A stretch of 64,000 nt of DNA, from IMG/VR virus record IMGVR_UViG_3300012207_000003, positions 163 through 64,162 of that record. One strand, 5' to 3'. The notes beneath the pieces were generated by a model. It made no database searches, had not been told where the DNA came from, and was given only the letters and a program-made list of their open reading frames with translations. Positions 49,276 to 60,124 of this stretch are shown in pieces. The translations under genes were made by a program, and so were the position numbers. Within the stretch, counting starts at the first letter, position 1; each line of letters opens with the position of its first letter. Source of the DNA: a virus (taxonomy: Duplodnaviria; Caudoviricetes).

Positions 49276-49548
49276 TTACATGTGTTTATGAGGCAATTCA
49301 GTCAAATCTGGCACGTATTCAGGATAATGATATCCTGCTTTGGTTTCACTGAACGCATGATCTATAAGATCATAGGCGCGTTGAGTGACAAGTGTATGAT
49401 AAAACTTTTCATCGTGATGCATCGAAGTTGGATGAGCGAATCCTTGATCTATCAATTCATCTATCAGCAATTTCGCAAAACCTTGAAAGTGCGTATTGCG
49501 TTCTTCCTGGAGTTTTTGCTTCATGGCCTCTTTACTCATTTGCGTCAT
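49276..49548 (-). CDS. hypothetical protein, paralog family A (antisense insertion)
   Basis: ERNTHFQGFAK...QRAYDL..HA...VPDLTELP. Confidence 0.6.
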   Translation of the reverse strand: MTQMSKEAMKQKLQEERNTHFQGFAKLLIDELIDQGFAHPTSMHHDEKFYHTLVTQRAYDLIDHAFSETKAGYHYPEYVPDLTELPHKHM

Positions 49549-49581
49549 ATCTTTTATTCCTTTCAATGAGGATTATAGCAC

Positions 49582-49923
49582 ATGGATGATATTTATACAT
49601 GGCGTGTCATCTACCAGGATGACACCTATACCGATGAATTTGACGACGCAAGGCCAGATGGAAGAGGCTTTGCTGAGATTGAAGATAAAAAGGTTATCGG
49701 CATTGAACTGCATGATTTCCTGAAAGCAGTAGCCTGTGTAGCTTTGCCACATAAAGAGGATGTCAAACCTGTGTTTTTCAGGCGGCGGTACATTGCGCTA
49801 ACTGGCATAGGAGAGCGCAATACCGTGCATTGTATTGGCTGGAAACGGGGAGAAAGCGCGTGTTACCTCTTTGTATTTCCTGATGGAAGCACACTTTTGA
49901 CAGATGATTTACAGGCGGTTTAG
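49582..49923 (+). CDS. hypothetical protein
   Basis: W...Y.D...FFRRR...CIGW. Confidence 0.55.
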   Translation: MDDIYTWRVIYQDDTYTDEFDDARPDGRGFAEIEDKKVIGIELHDFLKAVACVALPHKEDVKPVFFRRRYIALTGIGERNTVHCIGWKRGESACYLFVFPDGSTLLTDDLQAV

Positions 49924-49941
49924 GTAGGGTAGGGAGTAGCA

Positions 49942-52900
49942 ATGCCAACAATTCATGATTGGACATTTGTAGCTGACGGGCCGTTAGGTACAACCCTCGG
50001 CTTTAATAATTATTCCAGTATCCAACCCCTCGCCTCGCAAGCCTGGACGGATATAGCTGCGCTTGGTATCTCTCGTGTACGCTTGAATATCGTGACTGCC
50101 TCTTTCATGCCCACTCCTGGCTCTTTTAACTGGGGAGGGCTTGACGCGCTTGTGCAAGCCGCCAATCAGCATGGCATCAGGGTTACTTTGATAGCACGTG
50201 GGTACAAGGGTGACAGCCCTACCAACAATAACCCCGCGCCTTGTGGTTCAAATACCAACCCTCACTATTTTTCATCGGTCAATACCTATAAAACCTTAGC
50301 AATAGCCTTATGTCAACGCTATAGTGGCGATGGAAACTCCAAGAACGCCATAGCCAATGATGGTTCTGGCAAGAAACTTCAAGTTGATTGTATCGAAATT
50401 GGCAATGAAGAGTTTGATGTCTATGCAGGCACGAATGCCGATTGTCGCAACCCCCTGAGATATGTGTACTACTTGAAGCAAGTCGTCCCTGCTATGAGAG
50501 CATCAGTAGCGAGTGGTGGCGGCGGATGGAATCCATCAGGCAACTTTCAGGCCAGGATTGGCTGTTGGGGTTTATGGTGGCAGCAACAAGCGCATGTCAA
50601 GTACGTGGTCAATACGTTCTACAATCCAAATTATGATCTTTCAAATCCCTTATACAGCACATTCAACCCAACTGGCAACGGGTCAAGCGTCATTGGCTAC
50701 AACAGTGGCTTAGGCGTGCAGATGCTCGACTACCTGAACTTCCATAACTACTCTTACCCAGCGCAAAATGTCACACTGGCACAGTACGGAGTTGACCAGG
50801 AATTAATAGATATCAAGGCAGTTCAGGCTTTCTACAATGATACACTCACTCCTATCTGGATGACAGAATTTGGAGCGGACGGGCCATGTGCGGCAACTGC
50901 TGGCAGTGGGCAAACAGCGCAAGAGGCGAGCTTAGAAGCAACGCAATCAACGTACTACGCTGCAAATGCCGATGGCTCAGGCATTGGAGCCTTAGCCACG
51001 GCTATGAACCACGGAGCGCAACACATCGATATCTTCACGATCAATTATAATGCTCCAAATGCGACAAGTAACTATACAGGGCAAGTCAAAGCCATTGCCT
51101 GTGCTGTCTCAGGCGGTGGATTTAAGCGGTTCAAAGCATTTACGGCGATTCAGAACTTCTTGACATCGAACGGGGCAACGTGGGCGGCGAAACCAGTTCC
51201 TAATGGGTTTGGGCCTACGTCAGCTCCTCCCTCTCCTCCCTCTTCAATCACGTTTTATTTGGGCAAGGTACTTGATACCTCACCTGCTCTGCTTGCAACA
51301 TTTAATGATGTGAGTACGGCATCGGGCGGTTCTCAGGTAGGGCAAGATACGCCGATTGATGGATATACAGGCTATGGGGAATGCTACCCAAATCAAGCAC
51401 TTTCCCCCTGGCCTGCATACGCTTCTGAACCTCTTGTTCCATTTTCCAATAAAGGCAATATCTGGCCCGTTGCACTTGGTAATCAAGCGATCTTAAATGG
51501 CAATTGGACTCCTACTTTAAGAGCAACAGTGATTAATGGTACAGGCAATATCACAGCCGATTTGTTAGTAAGAGTGTGGGTATGGAACAGTGTTACCAAA
51601 GTTGCTACCAAGTATGGAGTGTTGCGCTTAAACGGAAATACCATCACGTCAACTTCAACAAACTTTGTATTTAGCGCGGCGGGTTTAGGTGTGATTGCAG
51701 GCGGGCCAGATGATTATATCGTCTTTGATACGCTGGCAAACATCACGGCCAATTCCAATCCAGCAGGCACAAAGCTACGTCTCAACTTCTCTTCTTCAAG
51801 CACACAAGGCAATGCCAACGGCCAGATAACTGCTCCTGGCATGGCTCCATCGCGTCTCATTCCTATGGCATCGGCACTACAGGGCACATTCACGCGTACT
51901 ATCTCTATGGCCTCTGCCCTCTCTTTCCAACGTGTTATCCCGATGGCCAGCGCAACATCAGGAAGTCCACATAGAGTTATCCCGATGACTTCTAGCGTGT
52001 GTGGAGCGGCTCTTGCCAATCCTTACGTGCAAACTATCGCAAGCACTGACTTTATGAGTACATCAGGGCCGCATTTGATCTATAGAGGGCAACAAATCAA
52101 GCTCTATGGAACGACTATCTACCTAGCTACTCAGGGAGGGGCTAATACCTGGTTACATACCGATGCCAGGGCGGTATTAGATGATCTTTTCACACAAGCC
52201 TATAACAACGGCATCGGCATGATTAGGATAACAGACTACTGGGACGGTTCTAACATCACAGCATTTGACTGGCCTCAACTCTGGGCCAATATCGACTATT
52301 GCGTGACCAGAGCGCAACAACTCGGAATGTTCATTCAAATGGACATTAGCGCCTATAAGAACGTGCTGATAGCTAATGCAATTGATTGGACGGTAGCTGC
52401 CAATTGGCATGATTGGATAACGTTTGTAGGCTATCACTTTAGGAATACCGCTACTTCCATCTGTTGGTACTCTATATTAGGAGAGCCATTTGTACCTGCA
52501 AATCAAGCAGATTGTGATGCACTCGCTTTGTTCTATGGGACGATGTGTAACACGCTCTATGCCGCTGATACGTCACATCTCATTCAGGCAGGGGGATTGA
52601 CACATATTAACGATGTAGTGGGAGGTCTCACAGATCCGTCATGGTGGTATCAAGTATTTACCTTGCCTCATAATGATTTGCCTGCTTACAAAACCTACTC
52701 AACTCAGGATTGTGTCTATCTCGCAACTATGCGGTCTATCATGACTACGTACAACATTAATAAGCCCCTGGTAAACAACGAATTTGGCAACCAGCAATCA
52801 CAAGGGGATCAAGTTTTCCCTGCTTTTTCTAATACTTTGAATGGAACAATCACAGCAGGCGCAACGATAACTGCGCTTGCCTTGCATACAGCCATTTCAG

Positions 52901-55900
52901 GACAAACGATCATAGCAGGAACGATTATAGCCGTGTCTGGCACTGAGAACTATGTAGTGCTCACTGATACTTCAAGCGGTACTTCACTGCCTGTCAAGAG
53001 CGTGACTGCTCAACAGAACCATGCTAATAACGATGCTATTTCAGCATTAGGGTTTGGAGATGAAGATCATAGTTTAGCTGATACTGCCTATAATTATTTC
53101 AGTGTGGTACTAGGCTTAACAAACACTGTTAAGCACTGGAATAAAACCGCTCGAACCATCACGATAGATTCGTGTATTGGAGGCGATCAAGCAGGGACGG
53201 TTAGCTATGTGGTATGGAATTTGGGTTACTTAGTTGGGCCAGATCACTATGACCTTTCAGCTAATACAGGCCTTCCCCAGAGTTGGGCTTTATATGGCCG
53301 CCACGCGCGTTTAGACGGTTACGTGCCTGTCATGGCTGGCACATCCTTTCAAATCACGGTTGGAGGAGTGCCTGTTGTCTTTAATGAGGATACTTTTCAT
53401 ATCACGTACAAAGAAAATGAAGCATGGCGATGCCAGTTTACCATTCTTGATTATGATGGAAACCTTGTATTTCCTTATCGCTCTCAGGTCAGAGTTACTG
53501 ACTACAACACGCAAGGCGTCTTATTTACTGGTTTCCTGATTGAAGATAACTTTGATAAATCCAATGCACGTCAAAACAAATTGATAGAGCATAAGATTGA
53601 TTGTATAGGCAACGAATCCAAGCCTATGAAACGGACTTCCAACCGCTTGTATACAGTGCCATTTCCGGCGGCGCAAGGTGTCATGAACATGCTTGACGAT
53701 GTACTCGTTGCTGAGGGTGTCACTGCCAAGTATGCCTATAGCGAAGTGACCACCTTTCCTGATTGGATTGCAGGCACACTTTCAGGTACAACCGCTTCTA
53801 CTAATCTTCCTAATGGCGATTTAGAACTGACAGCGGCGGGAAGTGTTGTTACTGTGTCAGAAGCGACAACAAGTGACTTTGCAGCAGGCACACTTACGAA
53901 TGTTCAGTCTGCTTCCAACGCTTTAACGCTCAAATCACATACTGGCATATCGATGACTGCTACCTGTACAGGTGGAGTTGGAGATGCCCACTTATATTGG
54001 ACGATCTATCCTGGCAACATCGTGCAAGCGAATGACTGGGTACTCTCTTACTACATGTGGATAGACCCCAGTAGCCCTAAGATCATGGCGGGGATAGATG
54101 TTGTGTATACCGATGGTTCCAGGTTGAATACCTTAAACTCAGGGCTAGGGGAATTCGATCAGCATGGCATGGGTTCTAATCCTGCCAATGACCTCTCAGG
54201 TTGGGCAGATGGACGTTGGGAGTATCGTCAGATAGGCTTGCACGCCTATACTGGGAAGACGATTAACTATATCGCAATGGGGATTGAGGGAGATCAAGCG
54301 GGGAAGTATGGTGTCTACTTCCATGATGTAAAAGTGACCTATACGAGCACAACTGAGATAGATGTGTCAGGCACGTTCACAGGCGGGGGCATTGTTTCTA
54401 ACGCTGGCTACAATACCATTGTGGTAGCATCTCCAACCGTGTATGAGCAAACAGGCAATCGTGTCAGTTCATCGCATAGCTTGACGAGTGTTGGCATTTA
54501 TCAGAACAGTCTTGCAAGTTGGATTGTGAATACTCCTTCAGATACCACGTTCACACTTGAAACGAGCTTTGATGGAGGGGCAACATGGCAAGCTGCTACC
54601 AATAAAGCCAAACTAGGGATAATCACACCTGGCACGTATTTAAATGGCATCTCGCTGTTACTCAAGGAAAGCATGGCTATCACAGGGAATACCCCCCTGC
54701 TCAGTCCATCGCTCAGTCAAGTGGCGGTGTCAATTGTGCCTGGCTATACGAGCACACAAACCGATGTGAAATATACACGGACATCGGATTCAGATTTCAA
54801 TGCTGGCACACTCACGAACTTAGTTGCAGCTTCTAATTCAGGATTAGGCTTAACTGGTTTCTGGCGTGACTGGAAAGATAGTGATACCAACTCGCTTTCT
54901 AGCGATCAAACCGTCTATGGAACTGCTTCACCGACGCAAACACTGAACGCCAATCAGTTGAAAGTACAGACAAACACCGGAGCAGATGCACGTGTCAAGA
55001 TGGTTGGAGCAGGTGCAACATGGCAAAATTTCACGCTATCTGTAAATGTTCAGATACCAACCGCCGGAACTGGCAACATTGGCGTAGTGTACAGAACAAC
55101 AGGCTGGCAAAATAATGACAATAGCTTTGCCTATGCGGTAGAAGTCTCTTCAACGGCTGTTACTTTAATCAGAGGTACTAATTCAGGAAGTGGGGGAGGC
55201 ACTCGCACACAAATAGCCACACAAGCTCTTACTTTAACAGTTTCAGGCTTTTATACCTTGAAAGTAGTTGTCAACAGCGTTGATGCATCGCACACAAACC
55301 ACACGATTTATATAGATGATGTGCCATATCTTACTTCAACCGACAATACCTATAACGCGGCGGGTAGTATTGGTATGCGCCTCTACAATGGTTCAGGTGT
55401 GCAGATCACGGGCTATTATGGCTCTCTCGCAATTCTGAATGCTTTAACAGGACAATATGTTTCTGAAAATCTCTCACTCAATGCAGTAGGGACGGTTGGA
55501 ACTTCAAGGATATTCTGGGAAGATGTAGCCCCTGGCAGTTCTTCCAGGCTCTTTGAAACATCGATCAATGGCGGTAGTACCTGGCAAACAGCAAGCTATG
55601 GTCAAGAGATAGTAGGACTACCCGCAGGAACCAATGTCACAGGCATCAATCTGAAAGTACGTATCACAGAAACAGCAGGAAGCGAGCAAGATCAACCTAC
55701 CGTCTATGGGTATACCGCGTGGGTGACTTCGCGGTTTTCTTCATCTGGTACGTATATCTCCCCCGCTCTTTCCCTGGCTACCGTCGGGCAAGTGGGGAAT
55801 ACGCTTGTGAGTTGGGCGGGACTGCAACCGTCAGGAACAACAATCACGGTTGATAGCACGATCAATAATGGTTCAAGTTGGCAAACGAATGTAGTTCCAG

Positions 55901-57534
55901 GTTCACAGATTGCAGCAGGAAGCAATCAATATGCGGGACTTGGAACTATTGGAAATATCAATGTACAACCCGATCCAACAGTAGATGATTTTTCCTCTGA
56001 TACCAGTTCTAACTATACCTCGACCAATGCGACAGGTGGAAGTGTTGCAACATGGACGCCAGATGTTACTAATAGCCGCGTAACCGCTACAGGCGGGGCA
56101 AATGCTGTCTATCTATACACAAGCATCTCTTCTCAAAATATGGACATCTTATGCGATATGACGCAATCTGAGAGCGGGGGTTTATCCTGGTGTTATAGCA
56201 GTGGCACAAGTTATTATAGCCTTTCGGTTGCTGATAACCAATCAACAGTACTAACTCCTAACACCATCACGCTGTATAGAGATGGTGTCTCAATAGGAAG
56301 TACATCAATCAAGTTTGTGAGAGGGATTATCTACCGTATTCGAGTAACGAGCATAGGCGGCGTGATAAATGTGTACTTTGATGGTGTGGATGTTATTTCC
56401 TATAACGATACATCAGCTTTAGTAGCGGGGCAAGCAGGCTTGTTTACCAATGGAGGTACATCACAGTTTATCGGCGTGTGGGTTCAGCCTCTTGGGGATG
56501 ATGTATCGCTTATCAATACGAAAGTTCGTATCAATCTTGCCTCAACTGACGCCTCATTTACCCCGCAGATACAAACACTTTCATTTGGCGCATATGGCCC
56601 GCAGATTAATACAGGTATTTTGATGCCAAGTGCTGACTACAGGCAAACCTTTGTCAGTGCTAATCTTGACGATATGGCAAAACAGAGTAACTACAAATGG
56701 CATATTGACCAACTCAACGAGTTTGAATTTACACAAGCGCAAGCAAGGCCTGCACCCTGGGTACTGCAATCGAATACCCTAAGTCAACCTAGCGATATTG
56801 AACTTGATAGCAATTTGGCGATAGAGACATTAGGGGACTTGTACAGGAACCGCCAGATTTTAACGGGCGTTTCAAACTCTGCGTTTTTTCAAGATAGTTT
56901 CACAGGAAATGGCACACAAACATCATTCCCTCTGAGGTATCCAATAGCTCCTGGCACTATACCAGTAGTTACCCTTGATGTGAAATTGAATGACATCCCT
57001 CAAAACGTTGGCTTGAAAGGTTCTACTGGCAGTGATTGGTACTATGCTGAGAACGATTTGGTGATAGCGCAGGATGTGAATGCGCTTCCTCTTGATGCTA
57101 ACGATACCTTGATTATCTCCTATACAGGCGCGTTTGTGGATGATGTGATTGTCAACAATGATGCAGCGCAAGCCGCGCTTCAACTTGTAGAGGGTGGGAC
57201 GGGCATTGTAGAGGCTGTAGAGGATGTGTCAAAGAGGAATATGAGCTTTGCAGCGGCGGTCACGTATGGCAATCAGTTATTGACGAGGTACTGTATTTCA
57301 GGTCGTACAGCCACATTTAAGACGTACAGGAATGGACTGGCAGTAGGGCAAATGCTGGCAACCAACATTCCAGAGGAGAACTTGAATTATGCACAGCTTT
57401 TAGTACATTCTGTTGACCTGGGAATGCAGACACAACCAAACAATACGGTTCTGTATAACTATGTAGTAACTTCAAGTGAGTTACCCGTACTGTCAAGTTG
57501 GTCTAAGTTGTTAGCGTCGGGCTTATTGGATTAA
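49942..57534 (+). CDS. giant tail tip/hub protein with two N-terminal glycoside hydrolase domains and multiple beta-sandwich modules
   Basis: GH 1: IEIGNEE...WMTEFG; GH 2: SILGEP...NNEFG; hub-like segments (LFTGFL; LDDMAK..YKWHID; YRNRQIL). Confidence 0.8.
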   Translation: MPTIHDWTFVADGPLGTTLGFNNYSSIQPLASQAWTDIAALGISRVRLNIVTASFMPTPGSFNWGGLDALVQAANQHGIRVTLIARGYKGDSPTNNNPAPCGSNTNPHYFSSVNTYKTLAIALCQRYSGDGNSKNAIANDGSGKKLQVDCIEIGNEEFDVYAGTNADCRNPLRYVYYLKQVVPAMRASVASGGGGWNPSGNFQARIGCWGLWWQQQAHVKYVVNTFYNPNYDLSNPLYSTFNPTGNGSSVIGYNSGLGVQMLDYLNFHNYSYPAQNVTLAQYGVDQELIDIKAVQAFYNDTLTPIWMTEFGADGPCAATAGSGQTAQEASLEATQSTYYAANADGSGIGALATAMNHGAQHIDIFTINYNAPNATSNYTGQVKAIACAVSGGGFKRFKAFTAIQNFLTSNGATWAAKPVPNGFGPTSAPPSPPSSITFYLGKVLDTSPALLATFNDVSTASGGSQVGQDTPIDGYTGYGECYPNQALSPWPAYASEPLVPFSNKGNIWPVALGNQAILNGNWTPTLRATVINGTGNITADLLVRVWVWNSVTKVATKYGVLRLNGNTITSTSTNFVFSAAGLGVIAGGPDDYIVFDTLANITANSNPAGTKLRLNFSSSSTQGNANGQITAPGMAPSRLIPMASALQGTFTRTISMASALSFQRVIPMASATSGSPHRVIPMTSSVCGAALANPYVQTIASTDFMSTSGPHLIYRGQQIKLYGTTIYLATQGGANTWLHTDARAVLDDLFTQAYNNGIGMIRITDYWDGSNITAFDWPQLWANIDYCVTRAQQLGMFIQMDISAYKNVLIANAIDWTVAANWHDWITFVGYHFRNTATSICWYSILGEPFVPANQADCDALALFYGTMCNTLYAADTSHLIQAGGLTHINDVVGGLTDPSWWYQVFTLPHNDLPAYKTYSTQDCVYLATMRSIMTTYNINKPLVNNEFGNQQSQGDQVFPAFSNTLNGTITAGATITALALHTAISGQTIIAGTIIAVSGTENYVVLTDTSSGTSLPVKSVTAQQNHANNDAISALGFGDEDHSLADTAYNYFSVVLGLTNTVKHWNKTARTITIDSCIGGDQAGTVSYVVWNLGYLVGPDHYDLSANTGLPQSWALYGRHARLDGYVPVMAGTSFQITVGGVPVVFNEDTFHITYKENEAWRCQFTILDYDGNLVFPYRSQVRVTDYNTQGVLFTGFLIEDNFDKSNARQNKLIEHKIDCIGNESKPMKRTSNRLYTVPFPAAQGVMNMLDDVLVAEGVTAKYAYSEVTTFPDWIAGTLSGTTASTNLPNGDLELTAAGSVVTVSEATTSDFAAGTLTNVQSASNALTLKSHTGISMTATCTGGVGDAHLYWTIYPGNIVQANDWVLSYYMWIDPSSPKIMAGIDVVYTDGSRLNTLNSGLGEFDQHGMGSNPANDLSGWADGRWEYRQIGLHAYTGKTINYIAMGIEGDQAGKYGVYFHDVKVTYTSTTEIDVSGTFTGGGIVSNAGYNTIVVASPTVYEQTGNRVSSSHSLTSVGIYQNSLASWIVNTPSDTTFTLETSFDGGATWQAATNKAKLGIITPGTYLNGISLLLKESMAITGNTPLLSPSLSQVAVSIVPGYTSTQTDVKYTRTSDSDFNAGTLTNLVAASNSGLGLTGFWRDWKDSDTNSLSSDQTVYGTASPTQTLNANQLKVQTNTGADARVKMVGAGATWQNFTLSVNVQIPTAGTGNIGVVYRTTGWQNNDNSFAYAVEVSSTAVTLIRGTNSGSGGGTRTQIATQALTLTVSGFYTLKVVVNSVDASHTNHTIYIDDVPYLTSTDNTYNAAGSIGMRLYNGSGVQITGYYGSLAILNALTGQYVSENLSLNAVGTVGTSRIFWEDVAPGSSSRLFETSINGGSTWQTASYGQEIVGLPAGTNVTGINLKVRITETAGSEQDQPTVYGYTAWVTSRFSSSGTYISPALSLATVGQVGNTLVSWAGLQPSGTTITVDSTINNGSSWQTNVVPGSQIAAGSNQYAGLGTIGNINVQPDPTVDDFSSDTSSNYTSTNATGGSVATWTPDVTNSRVTATGGANAVYLYTSISSQNMDILCDMTQSESGGLSWCYSSGTSYYSLSVADNQSTVLTPNTITLYRDGVSIGSTSIKFVRGIIYRIRVTSIGGVINVYFDGVDVISYNDTSALVAGQAGLFTNGGTSQFIGVWVQPLGDDVSLINTKVRINLASTDASFTPQIQTLSFGAYGPQINTGILMPSADYRQTFVSANLDDMAKQSNYKWHIDQLNEFEFTQAQARPAPWVLQSNTLSQPSDIELDSNLAIETLGDLYRNRQILTGVSNSAFFQDSFTGNGTQTSFPLRYPIAPGTIPVVTLDVKLNDIPQNVGLKGSTGSDWYYAENDLVIAQDVNALPLDANDTLIISYTGAFVDDVIVNNDAAQAALQLVEGGTGIVEAVEDVSKRNMSFAAAVTYGNQLLTRYCISGRTATFKTYRNGLAVGQMLATNIPEENLNYAQLLVHSVDLGMQTQPNNTVLYNYVVTSSELPVLSSWSKLLASGLLD

Positions 57535-57555
57535 GTAGAGGAGGATTTAATAGTT

Positions 57556-57861
57556 ATGCCAAATAGCATCAATTCAGTGCAAGTAGCAGTTGATAGCTTA
57601 CGAGCCGCTTTTGATAAGCATGTCGCAGAGGATAGGATTGTCTACGAACGCACTGAAACCATGCAGCAAGAAGTTACCAATATCCATGCACAGTTACAGG
57701 CGCAAGCAGAACAAGCCGTTATTTTAAAGCAAGTTCAGGACACCGTTAACGGTTATGAAATGAGAATTAGGAACTTCCTGGCATTTCTCAAATGGCTTGC
57801 GACGATCATCGGCATGATACTGGCATCGGTTATCAGCGCACTTATTATTTCACACCATTAG
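57556..57861 (+). CDS. coiled coil plus C-terminal TM (XhlA/holin-like)
   Basis: Topology; AGGAGG SD. Confidence 0.5.
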   Translation: MPNSINSVQVAVDSLRAAFDKHVAEDRIVYERTETMQQEVTNIHAQLQAQAEQAVILKQVQDTVNGYEMRIRNFLAFLKWLATIIGMILASVISALIISHH

Positions 57862-57878
57862 AAGAAGAGGTATTTATT

Positions 57879-58157
57879 ATGCCATTTTACGCACAAGAAA
57901 TTTTGCTAGGACTTATCGGCTTTGCAGCGGCCATTATTCCCCTGCTTTTACCGTCTCTTAGACCGCTCTACAGGTTTATACTGGTTGCGGGAGGATTATG
58001 TGTTGCCTGTATGCTCTCAGGTTTTCTGGCACGTCTCTTTTTTGAGACAGATTTTACTGTGTCTTTTATCAGGGCGTTCCTGATGATTGGCTTGCTACAA
58101 AATATCGCTGTGAGAATGGACGCTAATCCAGGGATAGCAGTAGTTTCAAAGGAATAA
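57879..58157 (+). CDS. small 3-TM membrane protein
   Basis: Hydrophobic segments. Confidence 0.5.
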   Translation: MPFYAQEILLGLIGFAAAIIPLLLPSLRPLYRFILVAGGLCVACMLSGFLARLFFETDFTVSFIRAFLMIGLLQNIAVRMDANPGIAVVSKE

Positions 58158-58171
58158 GAAAAAACACCCTC

Positions 58172-58357
58172 TCAACTGGGAGAGGGTGCCATATGCTCTT
58201 TAACAAGCTGATTAATAAATGCGCTTTTGTTTTTGATGGTTTTCAAGTACGCTTTCACTTCAGGGGAAAGTGTGATAGTCATGTATTGGTTTTTCTTTTC
58301 CTGAGAAATCTCAGGACGGCCAGGTTTGCGCTTTGGTTGGGTTGGTTGTTCTGGCAT
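58172..58357 (-). CDS. ribbon-helix-helix-like DNA-binding protein
   Basis: KRKPGRP...MTITLSPEV..YL....NKSAFINQLV. Confidence 0.7.
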   Translation of the reverse strand: MPEQPTQPKRKPGRPEISQEKKNQYMTITLSPEVKAYLKTIKNKSAFINQLVKEHMAPSPS

Positions 58358-58360
58358 AAT

Positions 58361-58750
58361 TTATTCTCCAGGATAATATGACTCAGAGTAGGAGCCACCA
58401 AGTAGAATGGATGGATCAGTGTCAGCATCGGTATTATGTATTTTCTCGTCGCTATCACATGTCGGGCATTTGTAACTATTATGCTTTGTGCCGCATTCCA
58501 GGCACATCCATTTAAATGTTTTAGGCTTTACTTGCTTTGGCTGTACTACCACTTCAGCAGATGCTTGAATCAGAGTCAGCTCGGAGGGATTTTTGAATAC
58601 CATCTTCGTCGGGTCACTGGTTGGATTGTCTTTTTTGTACAGTTGAACTTCACCTGTTGAGGGCGAAACAAAATCAACGATGCAGATAACTGCGTTGCCA
58701 GATTTCTTGCTTACGAAACTTACTTCGTCGCCTTGTTTGAACTTTGTCAT
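58361..58750 (-). CDS. hypothetical protein (SH3-like plus zinc ribbon)
   Basis: FKQGDEV; CLECG..CPTC. Confidence 0.6.
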   Translation of the reverse strand: MTKFKQGDEVSFVSKKSGNAVICIVDFVSPSTGEVQLYKKDNPTSDPTKMVFKNPSELTLIQASAEVVVQPKQVKPKTFKWMCLECGTKHNSYKCPTCDSDEKIHNTDADTDPSILLGGSYSESYYPGE

Positions 58751-58803
58751 TTTCTTTCCCTTTCAAAATGGCGGGAGGGAATGAACCCCTCCCGATTAGG
58801 TGA

Positions 58804-59031
58804 CTAAATTCTTCCATCTTGCTTGTAAGCGTACATTGGATTGGTACGAAGCCAGGGATTGCTACCTGCAACTCTTGCCATTGCATCTTCCTGGGAGTCA
58901 GCCAGGACATTCTCGAATGTGGCTTCCTGACCGAGGCCAGTATGCTTGTAGACGTACACGGTGTAGTAGCATTGCTCTACCGCTTTCAGATCATCTCCCC
59001 AAATGTCTTCGCTTATGATTGGTGCTTGCAT
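58804..59031 (-). CDS. hypothetical protein
   Basis: First gene after the consensus promoter. Confidence 0.55.
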   Translation of the reverse strand: MQAPIISEDIWGDDLKAVEQCYYTVYVYKHTGLGQEATFENVLADSQEDAMARVAGSNPWLRTNPMYAYKQDGRI

Positions 59032-59074
59032 GTATGTAACTCACTTTCTTTTCGTTTTTTTATCTTCTATAAGG

Positions 59075-59103
59075 ATTATAATATGTATTTTTATTCTTGT
59101 CAA
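59075..59103 (-). promoter_or_regulatory. perfect consensus sigma70 promoter
   Basis: TTGACA-N17-TATAAT. Confidence 0.85.
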
Positions 59104-59371
59104 GGGTTTTTGTATGTATTTTAATCAGTTTTGAAAAACTCGTAATTATTCGTTTTAAGTGAGGTTTGTATGTTGCTGTGGTTCTGGTATGGTCTACTCT
59201 TTTATCTGTTTTGTAGTGAGATTATGTATGTTGTTTGCACTCAGATTGTGCCTATCATGGCGGTACTGAGTATACTGTGCTTGTCTTATGGCTCCCTGCT
59301 CTGTATACTTGTGAGTAGAAACAAGAGTAAAGACAAGGTTGATACGTGGAAAGGGAGGGTAAATACTCCAC

Positions 59372-60124
59372 ATGACTGATTTTATGGTTCATCTTCCTGG
59401 AAACTTCAGATATGTATACCAGTTCGCCTCAGGTTTATCTCAATATCGCTGCGTAGAGGCCTCGCTTTCCATGGCGGGCCAGATAGCTTATCCAACCAGA
59501 TACGCCAATCCTACACAGCTTATGTCTCAAATCTATACTCAGTACGTCGGGCCTGATGTGAGTAGCGATACAAGAGGCACAACCAAAGAACAGGCATTAG
59601 AATGGCTCCATTCTCAGAACATCGGCTATGTCGATATGGAGCCATTGCTAGGCAACCTGGACGAGCTGCACGCTGAAATACAAGCACAGAACCGTCAAAA
59701 CGTGCCTCAACTTATCACGATAGGCGATGAATCGTTCTTGCATGATGCAAAGTCAGGTCATACCTTGCACAATTGGGCTGATGCACTGAACCATGGCGCT
59801 CATACGATGCTGAGGGTAGGCTATAGCGATGTGATGGGGTATGGACTGTATGAAGAGCCGGCGGCAGCTCCTAATTTCTCGCAACCTGTAGCTATTCCCT
59901 GGCAAAACTTCTTAGAGGGGCATATTGTCGGATGTATTGCCATTATGCCTCACGGTGTCCCTACTCCGCCATCTGGCTTTTCTTTTCAGCATGGCACATG
60001 GCCTATTCCACCTAAGCCTAAGCCTGTATTTGACGCTCTCAAAGCTGAAAGCACATTAGCTGCTGCAATGGCCGCTTTAGCGTCACTACAGCACGATTTA
60101 GATGTATTGAAAACGGAGGTCTAG
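59372..60124 (+). CDS. putative endolysin, peptidase C39-like
   Basis: YQF...QYRC, GAHTML.VGY; located before the holin-like gene. Confidence 0.55.
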   Translation: MTDFMVHLPGNFRYVYQFASGLSQYRCVEASLSMAGQIAYPTRYANPTQLMSQIYTQYVGPDVSSDTRGTTKEQALEWLHSQNIGYVDMEPLLGNLDELHAEIQAQNRQNVPQLITIGDESFLHDAKSGHTLHNWADALNHGAHTMLRVGYSDVMGYGLYEEPAAAPNFSQPVAIPWQNFLEGHIVGCIAIMPHGVPTPPSGFSFQHGTWPIPPKPKPVFDALKAESTLAAAMAALASLQHDLDVLKTEV

